Assembly (NCBI GenBank): GCA_000996895.1
Contig: LCBB01000003.1
Span: forward strand, 3,659-67,658
DNA from: a candidate division WWE3 bacterium GW2011_GWC2_41_23
GTDB lineage: Bacteria > Patescibacteriota > WWE3 > UBA101185 > UBA10185
DNA: 64,000 nucleotides
Direction: 5' to 3'
Both the position numbers and the translations under genes were made by a program. Numbering within the stretch: the first letter of the stretch is position 1; every line of letters begins with the position of its first letter. Under the pieces are notes generated by a model. That model was not told the DNA's origin. It saw nothing but the letters and a program-made list of their open reading frames with translations, and searched no databases. This document shows positions 17,330 to 27,569 of this stretch, piece after piece.

Positions 17330-18961
17330 ATGTTTATGTTTTACACCAAGTACCGCCCTCAAAAATTCAGCGACGTTTGCAGACCGAATGATGCTGCTGA
17401 TGCTTTGTCCAAGCAGGTGGTAAGCGGTAAAACATCCCACGCCTATCTTTTTGTGGGACCCCGTGGAACAGGTAAAACAACTTTAGCCAGGGTTTTAGCT
17501 AAAGCATTAAATTGCTCGGATGTTTCGGCTAAAGGCGACCCCTGCTGCAAGTGCTCTTCCTGCGTGGCCATAAAAGAAGGCTCTTTCGTGGATATGATAG
17601 AGATTGACGCTGCCAGCAACAGGGGAATTGACGATATAAGAGAGATCAAAGATAAGATAAAACTTGCACCGACGATGGGTAAGAACAAGGTTTACATAAT
17701 AGACGAAGTCCACATGTTGACTAACGAAGCCTTTAACGCGCTTTTGAAAACTCTGGAAGAACCTCCGAAAAAAACCACATTTATACTTTGTACCACCGAG
17801 CTTCATAAAGTTCCCGATACTATAAAATCCAGGTGCCAGGTTTACAGATTTAAAAGGGCTACGATGCCCCAGCTAATAGAAAAGTTAAAAGAGATTACAA
17901 AGAGCGAAAAAATAAAAATTTCTGAAAGGGATTTGGAGAAAATTGCTCTCGCTTCCATGGGCGGCTTCAGGGATGCCGAGACTTTATTACAGCAGGTTTC
18001 GGACGGGGAAATCAGTGTCGACTCTTTAGTGGGAATGGGTTCAAAAGAAATATATGTAGAGCTGACAGACCATCTTTTGAACGGAGATTCCGGATCGGCA
18101 ATAAGGATCGTGTCAAAGGTCTACGAAGAAGGATTGGATTTGTATGTTTGGACAGGCGAATATCTCAGATATTTGAGAGAGCTACTATTTATAAAATCAG
18201 GAGTAAAAGAAGAAGTGTCGGGAGCGACCTCTGAGCTTTTAGTAGAAATGGAAAAACAGGCGTCGCGTTTGTCAGTGGGTTGGATACTTAACGCCATGAA
18301 TTCAATACTAGAAGAACACAAAAATATTAAGACGTCTTTTATTCCTCAGCTTCCGGTTGAGATGGCCCTGGTAAAAATCGGCGGGGGCGAGGAGTTGCGT
18401 TTAAGTTGGTGCGGTTCAGGTACAATTGAGACTCCGAACCAACCCAAACCTTCTCTCGGCACAGGTAAAACAGCGACAAAAGATGCTAAAGATGAAGAAG
18501 ATGGGGATGAAGAGGGTTCTGAAGAAGATGCCGGAGAAGTTAAGGCGAAAAAGAATGCAGTCGAGGACAAGGAAGTTTCACCCATAACTTTAGAGGCTCT
18601 TGAAGAGAAGTGGAGGGAATTTATAAAAAGAAGCCGGGAACTAAATCATTCTTTGACAGCACTTTTGAAATCAGGAACACCCGTGAATGTTGAGGGTAGA
18701 TTTGTCATACTAGAAGTGTTTTACCCGTTTCACAAAGAAAGACTGGAGTCACCTCAGAACAGAAAGTTAGTAGAAAAACTTATGTCCGAGATATTTGGCA
18801 CACGCTTATCCCTAAAATGTATTTTAAGCAAGGAGAAACCAAAAAAACTTAAAAGCGGAGAATCAGGAAATTTGACAGACCTTAACATAGCTCCGGCGCA
18901 GGTGGTGTTTAATAAAGACTCGGTGATTGAAGCATTTGATGGCGGGCTCCCCTTAATTTGA
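17330..18961 (+). CDS. dnaX: DNA polymerase III subunit gamma/tau
   Basis: GPRGTGKTT Walker A, CxxC...CxxC zinc module, DEVHMLT. Confidence 0.9.
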   Translation: MFMFYTKYRPQKFSDVCRPNDAADALSKQVVSGKTSHAYLFVGPRGTGKTTLARVLAKALNCSDVSAKGDPCCKCSSCVAIKEGSFVDMIEIDAASNRGIDDIREIKDKIKLAPTMGKNKVYIIDEVHMLTNEAFNALLKTLEEPPKKTTFILCTTELHKVPDTIKSRCQVYRFKRATMPQLIEKLKEITKSEKIKISERDLEKIALASMGGFRDAETLLQQVSDGEISVDSLVGMGSKEIYVELTDHLLNGDSGSAIRIVSKVYEEGLDLYVWTGEYLRYLRELLFIKSGVKEEVSGATSELLVEMEKQASRLSVGWILNAMNSILEEHKNIKTSFIPQLPVEMALVKIGGGEELRLSWCGSGTIETPNQPKPSLGTGKTATKDAKDEEDGDEEGSEEDAGEVKAKKNAVEDKEVSPITLEALEEKWREFIKRSRELNHSLTALLKSGTPVNVEGRFVILEVFYPFHKERLESPQNRKLVEKLMSEIFGTRLSLKCILSKEKPKKLKSGESGNLTDLNIAPAQVVFNKDSVIEAFDGGLPLI

Positions 18962-18973
18962 TAGAATACTCAA

Positions 18974-19621
18974 GTGAAACTACCCCAATCTTTAACAAGG
19001 CTAATAGAATCTTTCGAAAGACTTCCGGGCGTTGGTCCTAAAACTGCACAAAGGCTGACATTTTACCTGTTACATTTTCCCCAGGAAGAATTAGAGGCTT
19101 TTGCCGAAGCCTTAGAGGGTTTAAAGAAAAATACTAAACTGTGTTCTATATGTAAAAACGTGTCGGAAACTGATGTTTGTTCGGTTTGCGGAGACCCGGC
19201 GAGAGATAAAAAAACAATTGTGGTAGTGTCAAACCCCCTGGACTCTTTTGCGTTAGAAAGAACAGGATTTATGGGAACTTACCATGTACTACACGGCATC
19301 ATAGATCCTCTCAACAATATCGGACCCGAGGAGATTTTTATTAAGGAGCTCATCGATAGGGTGGGAGCATTGGCCGGTGAGGTGTCTTTTGAAAATGTAG
19401 ACAGCCCTGAAATTGTCGAAATTATCATTGCGACAAACATGAGCATGGAAGGGGAGTCGACGGCTATGTACATTTCCAAAATGCTAAAGGAACGTGGCCT
19501 GGACGGAGGAAAGGTGAAAGTAAGCCGTATCGCCAGAGGACTTCCGGTCGGGGGCGACGTAGAGTACGCCGATGACATAACGTTGGGCCGTGCGCTTGAA
19601 GGCCGTTTTGAGATTAAATAA
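18974..19621 (+). CDS. recR: recombination protein RecR
   Basis: LPGVGPKTAQRL HhH motif, C4 zinc finger and Toprim domain. Confidence 0.9.
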   Translation: MKLPQSLTRLIESFERLPGVGPKTAQRLTFYLLHFPQEELEAFAEALEGLKKNTKLCSICKNVSETDVCSVCGDPARDKKTIVVVSNPLDSFALERTGFMGTYHVLHGIIDPLNNIGPEEIFIKELIDRVGALAGEVSFENVDSPEIVEIIIATNMSMEGESTAMYISKMLKERGLDGGKVKVSRIARGLPVGGDVEYADDITLGRALEGRFEIK

Positions 19622-19680
19622 AACTTCCTTGTTTATTATTAACGTATTCCTTCTTGCACTGTTGTGCTAAAATCGAAGTA

Positions 19681-21069
19681 ATGAAGTTATACAACTCACT
19701 CACGCGAAAAGTTGAAGATTTCAGTCCCCTTAACACCGAGATGGTCACAATGTACACCTGCGGTCCTACCGTTTATGACTATGCCCACATAGGTAATTTT
19801 AGGACATATTCCCTATCAGATTTTATAAATAGAGTTTTATTGTTCAACGGAAACCGTGTGAAATTTATTATGAACCTGACGGATGTGGGTCACATGACAG
19901 GTGACAATTTAGGAGACGCGGATACCGGTGAGGACCGTATGGAAAAATCAGTTGCCAAAGAAGGTCGCACCGCAATAGAAATTGCTAATTATTATATTCA
20001 GAAATTTACGCAAGATTATGACAAAATGAATTTTATACGCCCCGAAAAGTTTACCCGGGCTACCGAATATATTGATGAACAAATCCGTTTGGTTAAGCTT
20101 TTAGAAGAAAAGGGTTTTACTTATACGACGTCAGACGGAGTATATTTTGATACTTCTAAATTTGAAAGTTACGGTCAGCTCTCGGGGTATACAACGGACA
20201 ACGTGATGGAGGGTGCCCGTGTGGAAGTTAATCCCGAGAAAAAGCATCCTACCGATTTCGCGCTTTGGAAATTTTCGCCAATCAATGTCAAACGTTCACA
20301 GGAGTGGGCGTCGCCTTGGGGCACGGGATTTCCCGGGTGGCACCTCGAGTGCTCGGCTATGTCTTTAGCCGAGCTGGGAAATACTCTGGACATTCACGTC
20401 GGGGGAGAAGACCTGAGGATGACACACCACCAAAATGAAATTGCTCAAAGCGAGTGTGCGACGGGAAAGAAATTTGTCAGATACTGGGTTCACGGAGCCC
20501 ATATGATGGTGGACGGCGGAAGAATGGGGAAGAGCTTGGGGAATGCTTATACCTTGGCTGATATTGAGAAGAAGGGTTTCGATCCCATGGTTTTAAGATA
20601 CTTTTTTATGTCGTCTCACTACAGAAGCAAGCTGAATTTTACATGGGAGGCTCTACAGAGTGCCCAAAACGCCTTAAGAAGACTATACGAACTTGCCAGG
20701 GGTTACAAAAAAGAAGAAACAGCTAAACCGTCCAAAGATTACATCAAGAAATTCGGTGAAAAAATAAATGATGACCTGAATATGCCGGAAGCCCTTGCGG
20801 TAGTTTGGGAAATGATAAAGTCCGAACTGGAGGAGCCTGAAAAGCTTGCTACCCTCATAAAAATGGATTCGGTGTTAGGTTTGAGAATTGAAGAACATCT
20901 GGCGTACGATACCCCTCAAAAAGTGTTGGACGTTGCTAAAATGAGGTCTGAATACAGGAAGGCAGGAATTTGGGACAAGGCCGATCTGGCAAGAAAGCAG
21001 ATTTTAGAGATGGGGTACGAGGTAGAGGATCTTCCGGACGGAAAGTTCAAGATTAAAAGAAAGATGTGA
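19681..21069 (+). CDS. cysS: cysteine--tRNA ligase
   Basis: CGPTVYDYAHIGN (HIGH), RMGKSLGN (KMSKS) motifs. Start taken at MKLYNSL. Confidence 0.9.
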   Translation: MKLYNSLTRKVEDFSPLNTEMVTMYTCGPTVYDYAHIGNFRTYSLSDFINRVLLFNGNRVKFIMNLTDVGHMTGDNLGDADTGEDRMEKSVAKEGRTAIEIANYYIQKFTQDYDKMNFIRPEKFTRATEYIDEQIRLVKLLEEKGFTYTTSDGVYFDTSKFESYGQLSGYTTDNVMEGARVEVNPEKKHPTDFALWKFSPINVKRSQEWASPWGTGFPGWHLECSAMSLAELGNTLDIHVGGEDLRMTHHQNEIAQSECATGKKFVRYWVHGAHMMVDGGRMGKSLGNAYTLADIEKKGFDPMVLRYFFMSSHYRSKLNFTWEALQSAQNALRRLYELARGYKKEETAKPSKDYIKKFGEKINDDLNMPEALAVVWEMIKSELEEPEKLATLIKMDSVLGLRIEEHLAYDTPQKVLDVAKMRSEYRKAGIWDKADLARKQILEMGYEVEDLPDGKFKIKRKM

Positions 21070-21081
21070 GCAGCGCGTTCC

Positions 21082-23013
21082 TTATTCTGTCAGCAACCAT
21101 CTCACGGCGTTTATTCCTATATATTCCCTTAGTAGATTGCCGTATCTTGGCTCATAAGTAAAATCTTCAGACGGATCTTCAACATTGTCGGTTCCCTGTA
21201 GTGTTCTCTGGAATATAAATTTGTTTGCCACGAAGACCCCCCTTAATTTTAGAGTGCCTGTTTGGTCGCCTTCATCAGTATCGTAAGCTGTATAAAACGT
21301 ACCATCCGTGTGGATAGCACAATTTATTTCACTTACCGTTTTCCTTATTTCCACGTCCCCCGAGACTATGAACAATACGGCAGAGGAAGGAGCCAATGTG
21401 ATTTCTTTATCAAATCTTAGGTTGCCGTTTATGAATACCACTTGCTTAAAGGTGCTGGTGCCGTAACCGTTGGGTAGACTTGTGGCGCTGATTGTGAAAT
21501 CACCGTTTTTAATGTAAACGCCATCTGTAGTTGGCAGGGTGTTGAAGATTTCTATGGGTGTTCTTGTGGATTCGAGTAATTCAAGATATGTATAATCCTT
21601 TATACCGGTGTTGTTTTTGACCACCCACCCCTTGGTGCTTGTAAAAAAGTTTACCTCGGAGTTACCCGCTTCAATCACACTGTCTGTATTATTATCACTT
21701 GACTCAGAAAGCATATCTATTCCCAATCTGCTTCCTACTAAGCCGCCTCCCCGTAATTTGATCCACGGACCGTTAATACACAGGTCTTTGGTGGACGAAT
21801 TACCGGCCAAATCCTCGGCGTAAAACCTTACCGTTTTACAAATTTTCCAGTTACTATCGCAAAAATCTGTTTTGGGGCTAAGGAGAGTTGCGGTTACTAC
21901 CCCGGGTAAAAACGGAGGCGATATCAGAGGTGCCCACGTATTCGGTTGCCACGCACTGGCGCATGACATTAAATCGGCAAAACTACCGAATTCCGGGTTT
22001 CTGTCCGTGTGGTATTGAAATTTGTCGGTAAGAGTAGATATTCCGGACGTAGTGTCGTCAACCATGGTTGTCACGTAAAGGTGATGGTCGCTTGGCCCGA
22101 ACACACCTCTGTAAGCATTGGAATTACGCCAATTGGTCGGAGGAGTTTGGTCTATTTTAAATGAAGCAGTCTGAACCGGCTCAATATTTCCCGAACGGTC
22201 GACCGAGTAATAAGAAATTATGTGATTCCCGTCTGTTGATACCGTAAAAGTTGTATCCGCGGATTTCAGAGAGTTGTTTATGGTAGCACCGTCCATATAT
22301 ACAATACCCGCGCCCTCAAGACCGACCTCAATATATACACCGATTGCGTCCGCCACACTGACGACAAAGGGCTCTGAAATTTTTGCCCACGCGGTGGTGC
22401 CGTTAACGGTGGGGCTTTGCCCAAGTTCGGTGTATACAAAGTTATCATTTATATCTTTAGACACGGCAAATATTTTAAAATAAGCGTTTCCGAGAACGGA
22501 TTCGGTTTTAAGCCATACTTCAGCCAGCATATTACTAAGAGGGTTGGCCGCCGAGTAGCTAACAGCATGATTGATAGAGTGCCAACCAGCCCCCGCAGAG
22601 TTGATCTTTATTGATGTGCTGTCGAACACGTAATTTAGAGTATTCCTACCGTATGTTGCCAGTCCGTCCTGCAAACCGGCTTCCCAATATAGTGTGTTTA
22701 TAGATGAACCTGAGCTGGCGATTTCGAACGAAGGATTAGGCGCAAGATTAAGAGTGTCGGATTTTGTTACCGTTATCCAACTGCCGGAGTCTATCTTGTA
22801 ATTTATTGAACCCACGCCACTGTCAAGGTCGGTTGCTGCGAGGACGATATTGACGGGGGTTATATACCAGTCGGCCAGCCCGTTCGGAATTGCGGGTGTT
22901 TTAGTTAAGGTTGTGTAAGGCGGCACTTTGCTGGCAAACACAGGCTGCTGAGATACCAGGATAAAAAGCAAAGGTAACACTATTACAGCTAGGGCAGTCT
23001 TCCTTAAATTCAT
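21082..23013 (-). CDS. large secreted hypothetical protein (643 aa)
   Basis: Signal peptide MNLRKTALAVIVLPLLFILVSQQPVFA. No recognisable catalytic motif. Confidence 0.55.
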   Translation of the reverse strand: MNLRKTALAVIVLPLLFILVSQQPVFASKVPPYTTLTKTPAIPNGLADWYITPVNIVLAATDLDSGVGSINYKIDSGSWITVTKSDTLNLAPNPSFEIASSGSSINTLYWEAGLQDGLATYGRNTLNYVFDSTSIKINSAGAGWHSINHAVSYSAANPLSNMLAEVWLKTESVLGNAYFKIFAVSKDINDNFVYTELGQSPTVNGTTAWAKISEPFVVSVADAIGVYIEVGLEGAGIVYMDGATINNSLKSADTTFTVSTDGNHIISYYSVDRSGNIEPVQTASFKIDQTPPTNWRNSNAYRGVFGPSDHHLYVTTMVDDTTSGISTLTDKFQYHTDRNPEFGSFADLMSCASAWQPNTWAPLISPPFLPGVVTATLLSPKTDFCDSNWKICKTVRFYAEDLAGNSSTKDLCINGPWIKLRGGGLVGSRLGIDMLSESSDNNTDSVIEAGNSEVNFFTSTKGWVVKNNTGIKDYTYLELLESTRTPIEIFNTLPTTDGVYIKNGDFTISATSLPNGYGTSTFKQVVFINGNLRFDKEITLAPSSAVLFIVSGDVEIRKTVSEINCAIHTDGTFYTAYDTDEGDQTGTLKLRGVFVANKFIFQRTLQGTDNVEDPSEDFTYEPRYGNLLREYIGINAVRWLLTE

Positions 23014-23102
23014 CTACGTATATGATAGTTTAGGGCGGTTTATGGTGCAATGATTTATCAGATATGGTTGTGTATTACCGCCGATTCGTTTAATCTTTTT
23101 AT

Positions 23103-23834
23103 ATGGAAATGACACGCGAATCTGACAGCACATTTTCAGATCAGGAAACCTCTAATTCTACTACCGGGTTCGGAGGGGGTGAAGAGGGCGTCTCTGAAAA
23201 GGTAACTTCTATTGTTCCTGTCAGCCCCGTACAAAAACCTGATTCGTTTCAGCTTATGCAATCTGTGCTTGCTGATCAGGAAGCACGAAGGAAGCAGTCA
23301 GCGAAAAAAGCTGAGGACAGAAAAATGAAGCTGGAGTCGGAGAAGCGGGAAGAGGCAAGAATAAGAAAAGAAATAAGGGAAGGTACGGGACCGTCCGAAA
23401 AAAAACTAGACGAGTGGCGTACGGAGATCGGTCATGAGGCAGAAGAGAAGTTGCTTGAGTACTTTATGAAAATTCCCGTTGTTACGGTTGTTGATTGGGA
23501 AAACCACGAAAAAGAGGTACAAATGCCGGGAAAAGTTTACGTAGCCCGTGTCAACGCTATGCAGGACTGGAGCGGTAAAGGAGATTTTGCTCTTTCATGG
23601 GGTAAAGAGTGGATTTTGGTGGACTTAACCATCTCTAACGATTCCAGGGTATTGGCGGAGAAGTTTGAAAAAGAACGTAACGGGGGACCCAGAGTCCTGA
23701 AAATAAGCCGGACCACGCTGAATAATGCTGCTTTGGGCGGGGAATATTACCAAGATAAGGTTGTAAGTGCCCTAAGGGAAATGGTAGTTGCGTACAAAGA
23801 AGACCGTTTGCGTAAGCCCCAAAATAGGGTATAA
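23103..23834 (+). CDS. hypothetical protein (Lys/Glu-rich coiled-coil-like N-terminal half)
   Basis: ORF only. Confidence 0.4.
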   Translation: MEMTRESDSTFSDQETSNSTTGFGGGEEGVSEKVTSIVPVSPVQKPDSFQLMQSVLADQEARRKQSAKKAEDRKMKLESEKREEARIRKEIREGTGPSEKKLDEWRTEIGHEAEEKLLEYFMKIPVVTVVDWENHEKEVQMPGKVYVARVNAMQDWSGKGDFALSWGKEWILVDLTISNDSRVLAEKFEKERNGGPRVLKISRTTLNNAALGGEYYQDKVVSALREMVVAYKEDRLRKPQNRV

Positions 23835-23865
23835 TCCATAATCACTATAGGGTAAAGGAGAGGAT

Positions 23866-24150
23866 ATGATGCTGCGCAAAGGGTATTTGATGGCCTACCT
23901 TGTACAAATTTCTGAGGAAAATCTCAAGGTAGTGATTTTAGCAGTTACCACGCACAATCCTCCTTTTGTCAAAATTTTTGATAATTTGGAGGAGGCAAGG
24001 ACAGCTGTCTTTGGCATTACCGGGGCGCATCTTCCGGAATTGACTCCGATAACCAAAGACGTTTTTTGGAGCAATATCAAAGATCTAAAAAAATCCGATG
24101 AACGGTTAGCCCCTATAAATTTTGGCTCTGTCCTTAAAAGGCTTGTGTAA
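23866..24150 (+). CDS. hypothetical protein (94 aa)
   Basis: ORF with AGGAG SD. Confidence 0.4.
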   Translation: MMLRKGYLMAYLVQISEENLKVVILAVTTHNPPFVKIFDNLEEARTAVFGITGAHLPELTPITKDVFWSNIKDLKKSDERLAPINFGSVLKRLV

Positions 24151-24283
24151 AAACAATAACCTTTTTGACAGATCCCTTTACCCATACCCCCGCAATGAAC
24201 TTAATTATTAGGTTTTTGACGGGGGATTTTTTTGGTTTCAAGTTTGTTTCCAAACTTACACTATCCCTATATAATCACCCCAT

Positions 24284-25399
24284 ATGTCTTTATCAATAGG
24301 AATAGTCGGTCTCCCCAACGTCGGAAAATCAACATTATTTAACGCCCTTCTTAAACGCCAGGCCGCACTCGCGGCTAACTATCCCTTTGCCACCATTGAG
24401 CCCAACACCGGTATCGTGGATGTTCCGGACCCGCGCCTGAACATTCTTGCCCAGTTTGTTAGAAACGATTACGGCAATAAGGCAGGTGACAGGCAAATAC
24501 CTGAAAAAATAATTCCTGCGGTAGTTCAGTTTTATGACATAGCAGGCCTCGTCAAAGGAGCTTCTCAGGGAGAAGGACTCGGCAACGAATTCCTCGGTCA
24601 CATACGCGGGGTAGATGCCATCGTTCAGGTTGTCCGCGACTTTACCGACGAAAACGTAATAAGAGCAGGGGCGACCAATCCCGAAGAAGATGTTCAGACA
24701 ATAAACACAGAACTAATTCTTGCAGACCTCCAGTCCTTAGAAAAAAAGATTCCAATCCTCGAAAAAGAACTAAAAACGGCAAAAGACCCTGATTCGCAGC
24801 GTAAGCTACAGGTTATAACAAAGGTGCGCGAGACCCTTAATAGGGGAGAGCTTGCCTTGTCTTTAAACCTCGAAAAAGAGGATGAAATCCTCATAAAAGA
24901 CCTTAATCTTCTCACTCTTAAACCAATGATTATTGTACTAAACACGGATGAGTCAAAATTGAGCACCCAGGATACTCAGAATATAACAATATTAGGTAAG
25001 GGCGGTTTAAGGATTTGTGCCAAAATCGAGTCGGAACTTGCGGAATTTGACGAAAACGAGAGGCAATCCTACATGAAAGAAATCGGAATTACCGAACCCG
25101 GTCTCGACCGCCTGATACGCAAGGGGTACGAGCTTCTTAACCTCGAATCTTTTCTCACTATGGGACCTAAAGAAGTGCGGGCGTGGACTTACACAAAAGG
25201 AGACAAGGCACCCCAGGCGGCCGGAAAAATTCACACGGATTTTGAACGTGGTTTTATATCTGCCGAAATAGTTAATTATGCTGATCTAAAGCCATTGGAG
25301 AGCCTAAAAAAGGCCAGGGAAAAGGGTTTGGTTAGACTGGAGGGCAAGAACTACACGATGCGGGACGGAGACGTGGTTGAGTTTAATTTTAGCGTTTGA
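24284..25399 (+). CDS. ychF: ribosome-binding ATPase YchF
   Basis: GLPNVGKST P-loop and the C-terminal TGS domain. Confidence 0.9.
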   Translation: MSLSIGIVGLPNVGKSTLFNALLKRQAALAANYPFATIEPNTGIVDVPDPRLNILAQFVRNDYGNKAGDRQIPEKIIPAVVQFYDIAGLVKGASQGEGLGNEFLGHIRGVDAIVQVVRDFTDENVIRAGATNPEEDVQTINTELILADLQSLEKKIPILEKELKTAKDPDSQRKLQVITKVRETLNRGELALSLNLEKEDEILIKDLNLLTLKPMIIVLNTDESKLSTQDTQNITILGKGGLRICAKIESELAEFDENERQSYMKEIGITEPGLDRLIRKGYELLNLESFLTMGPKEVRAWTYTKGDKAPQAAGKIHTDFERGFISAEIVNYADLKPLESLKKAREKGLVRLEGKNYTMRDGDVVEFNFSV

Positions 25400-25539
25400 G
25401 CCGACCCCCTTGCGCAAAAGTCACTTTTTTTGTACTATTCATAAGCTCAAATGATTCTAGTTACATTAGACGTCTTTGGTAGACACCTAAACCATAATGT
25501 ATATAATAGACTCGTTGACGAAGGAATTTATCTAAACAT

Positions 25540-25824
25540 ATGAAGCAATACGAAATAATGAATATTTATAAATTGGAACTCGGAGAAGAGGGGGCTAAAG
25601 AGCTTTCTTCCAAGGTCCAGGAAAATATTGATTCTAACGGAGGCAAAGTAACTGCCTCTAATTTTTGGGGAAAGAGGAAGTTTGCTTATGAAATGAATAA
25701 GCAGAGAGAAGGCTTTTACGAGGTAATAAACTTCGAAATCGATCCCTCTAAACTCAAAAAATTTGAAAGTAAACTTAAGTTAATGAACGGTGTATTTAGG
25801 TATTTAATTACAGCTCAGAGCTGA
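25540..25824 (+). CDS. rpsF: 30S ribosomal protein S6
   Basis: Classic S6 sequence and rpsF-ssb-rpsR synteny. Confidence 0.85.
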   Translation: MKQYEIMNIYKLELGEEGAKELSSKVQENIDSNGGKVTASNFWGKRKFAYEMNKQREGFYEVINFEIDPSKLKKFESKLKLMNGVFRYLITAQS

Positions 25825-25837
25825 CATTTGGAGGTAT

Positions 25838-26245
25838 ATGGCATCAAGAAACCTGAACAAGGTAATACTCATAGGTAACCTCACGAGAGATCCAGTGGCC
25901 ACCAACAGGGAATGGGTCACACAGGGTGAAAAGAAACAGTCCGTTGATTTTCACAATATCGTAGCCTGGAATAAATTGGCCGAAATCTGCGGACAGCTCC
26001 TTAAAAAGGGCACCAAAGTTTACGTTGAAGGCAGACTTCAGACCAGGGATTGGACCGGCGACGATGGCAAAAAGAGATACAAGACCGAAGTAATAATTGA
26101 CGACATGATTATACTTTCTCCTAAGAAAGACGGGGTGGAAGGCGAGGAAGAAACTTCGGAAGAAGACTTCGTAACAGGCAGCACCACCGGAGAAGAGATC
26201 AACCTTGACGATATAGATTTAGGAGACCTTGATTCCTCCAATTAA
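25838..26245 (+). CDS. ssb: single-stranded DNA-binding protein
   Basis: OB-fold SSB pattern with an acidic C-terminal tail. Confidence 0.85.
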   Translation: MASRNLNKVILIGNLTRDPVATNREWVTQGEKKQSVDFHNIVAWNKLAEICGQLLKKGTKVYVEGRLQTRDWTGDDGKKRYKTEVIIDDMIILSPKKDGVEGEEETSEEDFVTGSTTGEEINLDDIDLGDLDSSN

Positions 26246-26277
26246 TTAAGAAAATAAGGCCCCTGCCCGGCAGGGGC

Positions 26278-26553
26278 TTGGTTAACAAAGATATGCCGAT
26301 TAAGAAAAAAACAAATACAAAATCATCAATAAGAAAGCCAAAAAGAAACACCGAGTGTTACTTTACACAAACGGGAACTAAGCCTGACTACAAAGAGGCT
26401 TTGGTTCTGAGAAGATTTATAAGTGATAGAGGTAAGATTATTCCCCAAAAGTATTCCGGACTGATGTCCAGGCACCAAAGAAAGCTTGCCCAGGAAGTCA
26501 AAAAAGCCAGATATATGGGTCTTATCCAGTATACAGACAGACACGCCATCTGA
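26278..26553 (+). CDS. rpsR: 30S ribosomal protein S18
   Basis: DYKEALVLRRFISDRGKIIP...RKLAQEVKKARYMGLI. Confidence 0.85.
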   Translation: MVNKDMPIKKKTNTKSSIRKPKRNTECYFTQTGTKPDYKEALVLRRFISDRGKIIPQKYSGLMSRHQRKLAQEVKKARYMGLIQYTDRHAI

Positions 26554-26565
26554 TACTATATATTC

Positions 26566-27567
26566 ATGCCCGTTTTAGCTGCCTATATTGGATATTCAGG
26601 TGTGAGTGTTGCTATTGAAAAGCAGGACGGGACTTTCGATTTTCAGAGATTTCCATATTCTTACTCCCGCGAACTTTTTTCGAGTGTTTGCGACGAGAAC
26701 TATTTTTACGCCGAGGTGCTGGAAGGTATTGCCAAAGAAAATAAGGTAAAACTAGCTGATTTCGACTTGCTCATGACCGGTTTTATAAGTTTTCCCCTGC
26801 CCGACCTGAATATAAAACTAATGGCTGACGTACGGGATCTTCTGTCCAAACAAGAAGAGAATTTTCCTGTGTTGATAGATGAGGTTACGGTGCTTACGAA
26901 GGATACCATGCTTTCCCAGGTTCCCATCGACTTTTTAACAAATAATGAGTATTTTGCGAATATTTCTATCTACCCCCAGCTTATAACCAGAGACTACAAC
27001 GACCAGGTAAGCCTTGACGGCTTGATAATAGATAAGGTTAAAAAAGCCGGAATCAAGCTCACCTCAAATAAGCCCGTATTATTTACGGGGGATCGTTTTG
27101 CCCGCCGTGATTTTGAACCTGTGTTTAAATACTCTTTGGCTTTGGATCTTTTCGACAGCCCGGGTTACTACTACGTAAAAATCGATAGAAACAACGCAAC
27201 TCTCCTGTCTCAGCTAATAAAAGAGTACAACCCTAACATAAACGTGGATACCTCGCAGGTAATCGAAGAAGTTGGTACTTTTGCTATAGTTCCCGGTGAC
27301 ACTGAAGTTCTACTTTCAACAGCCTTGGATACCGGGCAGTTTTTTGAAATCGAAAAAAACTCAGTTTTTTCCGTTCCCCTGGATAATTCTATAACTACTA
27401 AACTTAGTGTAAAAAATAAATCGATAGGTAACCTCGTAGGTGGGGTAGTGGGAGGAACCCTGGGTCTTCTTTTTGACACAAGGCTGGAACGTAACCAACT
27501 TATCTCAGACATAAAGATAATGAACACATTTATGAGGGAAATTGAGGAGGCCGTGAAGGGAATTTAA
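26566..27567 (+). CDS. hypothetical protein (333 aa)
   Basis: ORF only; tightly coupled to the next ORF (3-nt gap). Confidence 0.45.
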   Translation: MPVLAAYIGYSGVSVAIEKQDGTFDFQRFPYSYSRELFSSVCDENYFYAEVLEGIAKENKVKLADFDLLMTGFISFPLPDLNIKLMADVRDLLSKQEENFPVLIDEVTVLTKDTMLSQVPIDFLTNNEYFANISIYPQLITRDYNDQVSLDGLIIDKVKKAGIKLTSNKPVLFTGDRFARRDFEPVFKYSLALDLFDSPGYYYVKIDRNNATLLSQLIKEYNPNINVDTSQVIEEVGTFAIVPGDTEVLLSTALDTGQFFEIEKNSVFSVPLDNSITTKLSVKNKSIGNLVGGVVGGTLGLLFDTRLERNQLISDIKIMNTFMREIEEAVKGI

Positions 27568-27569
27568 CA

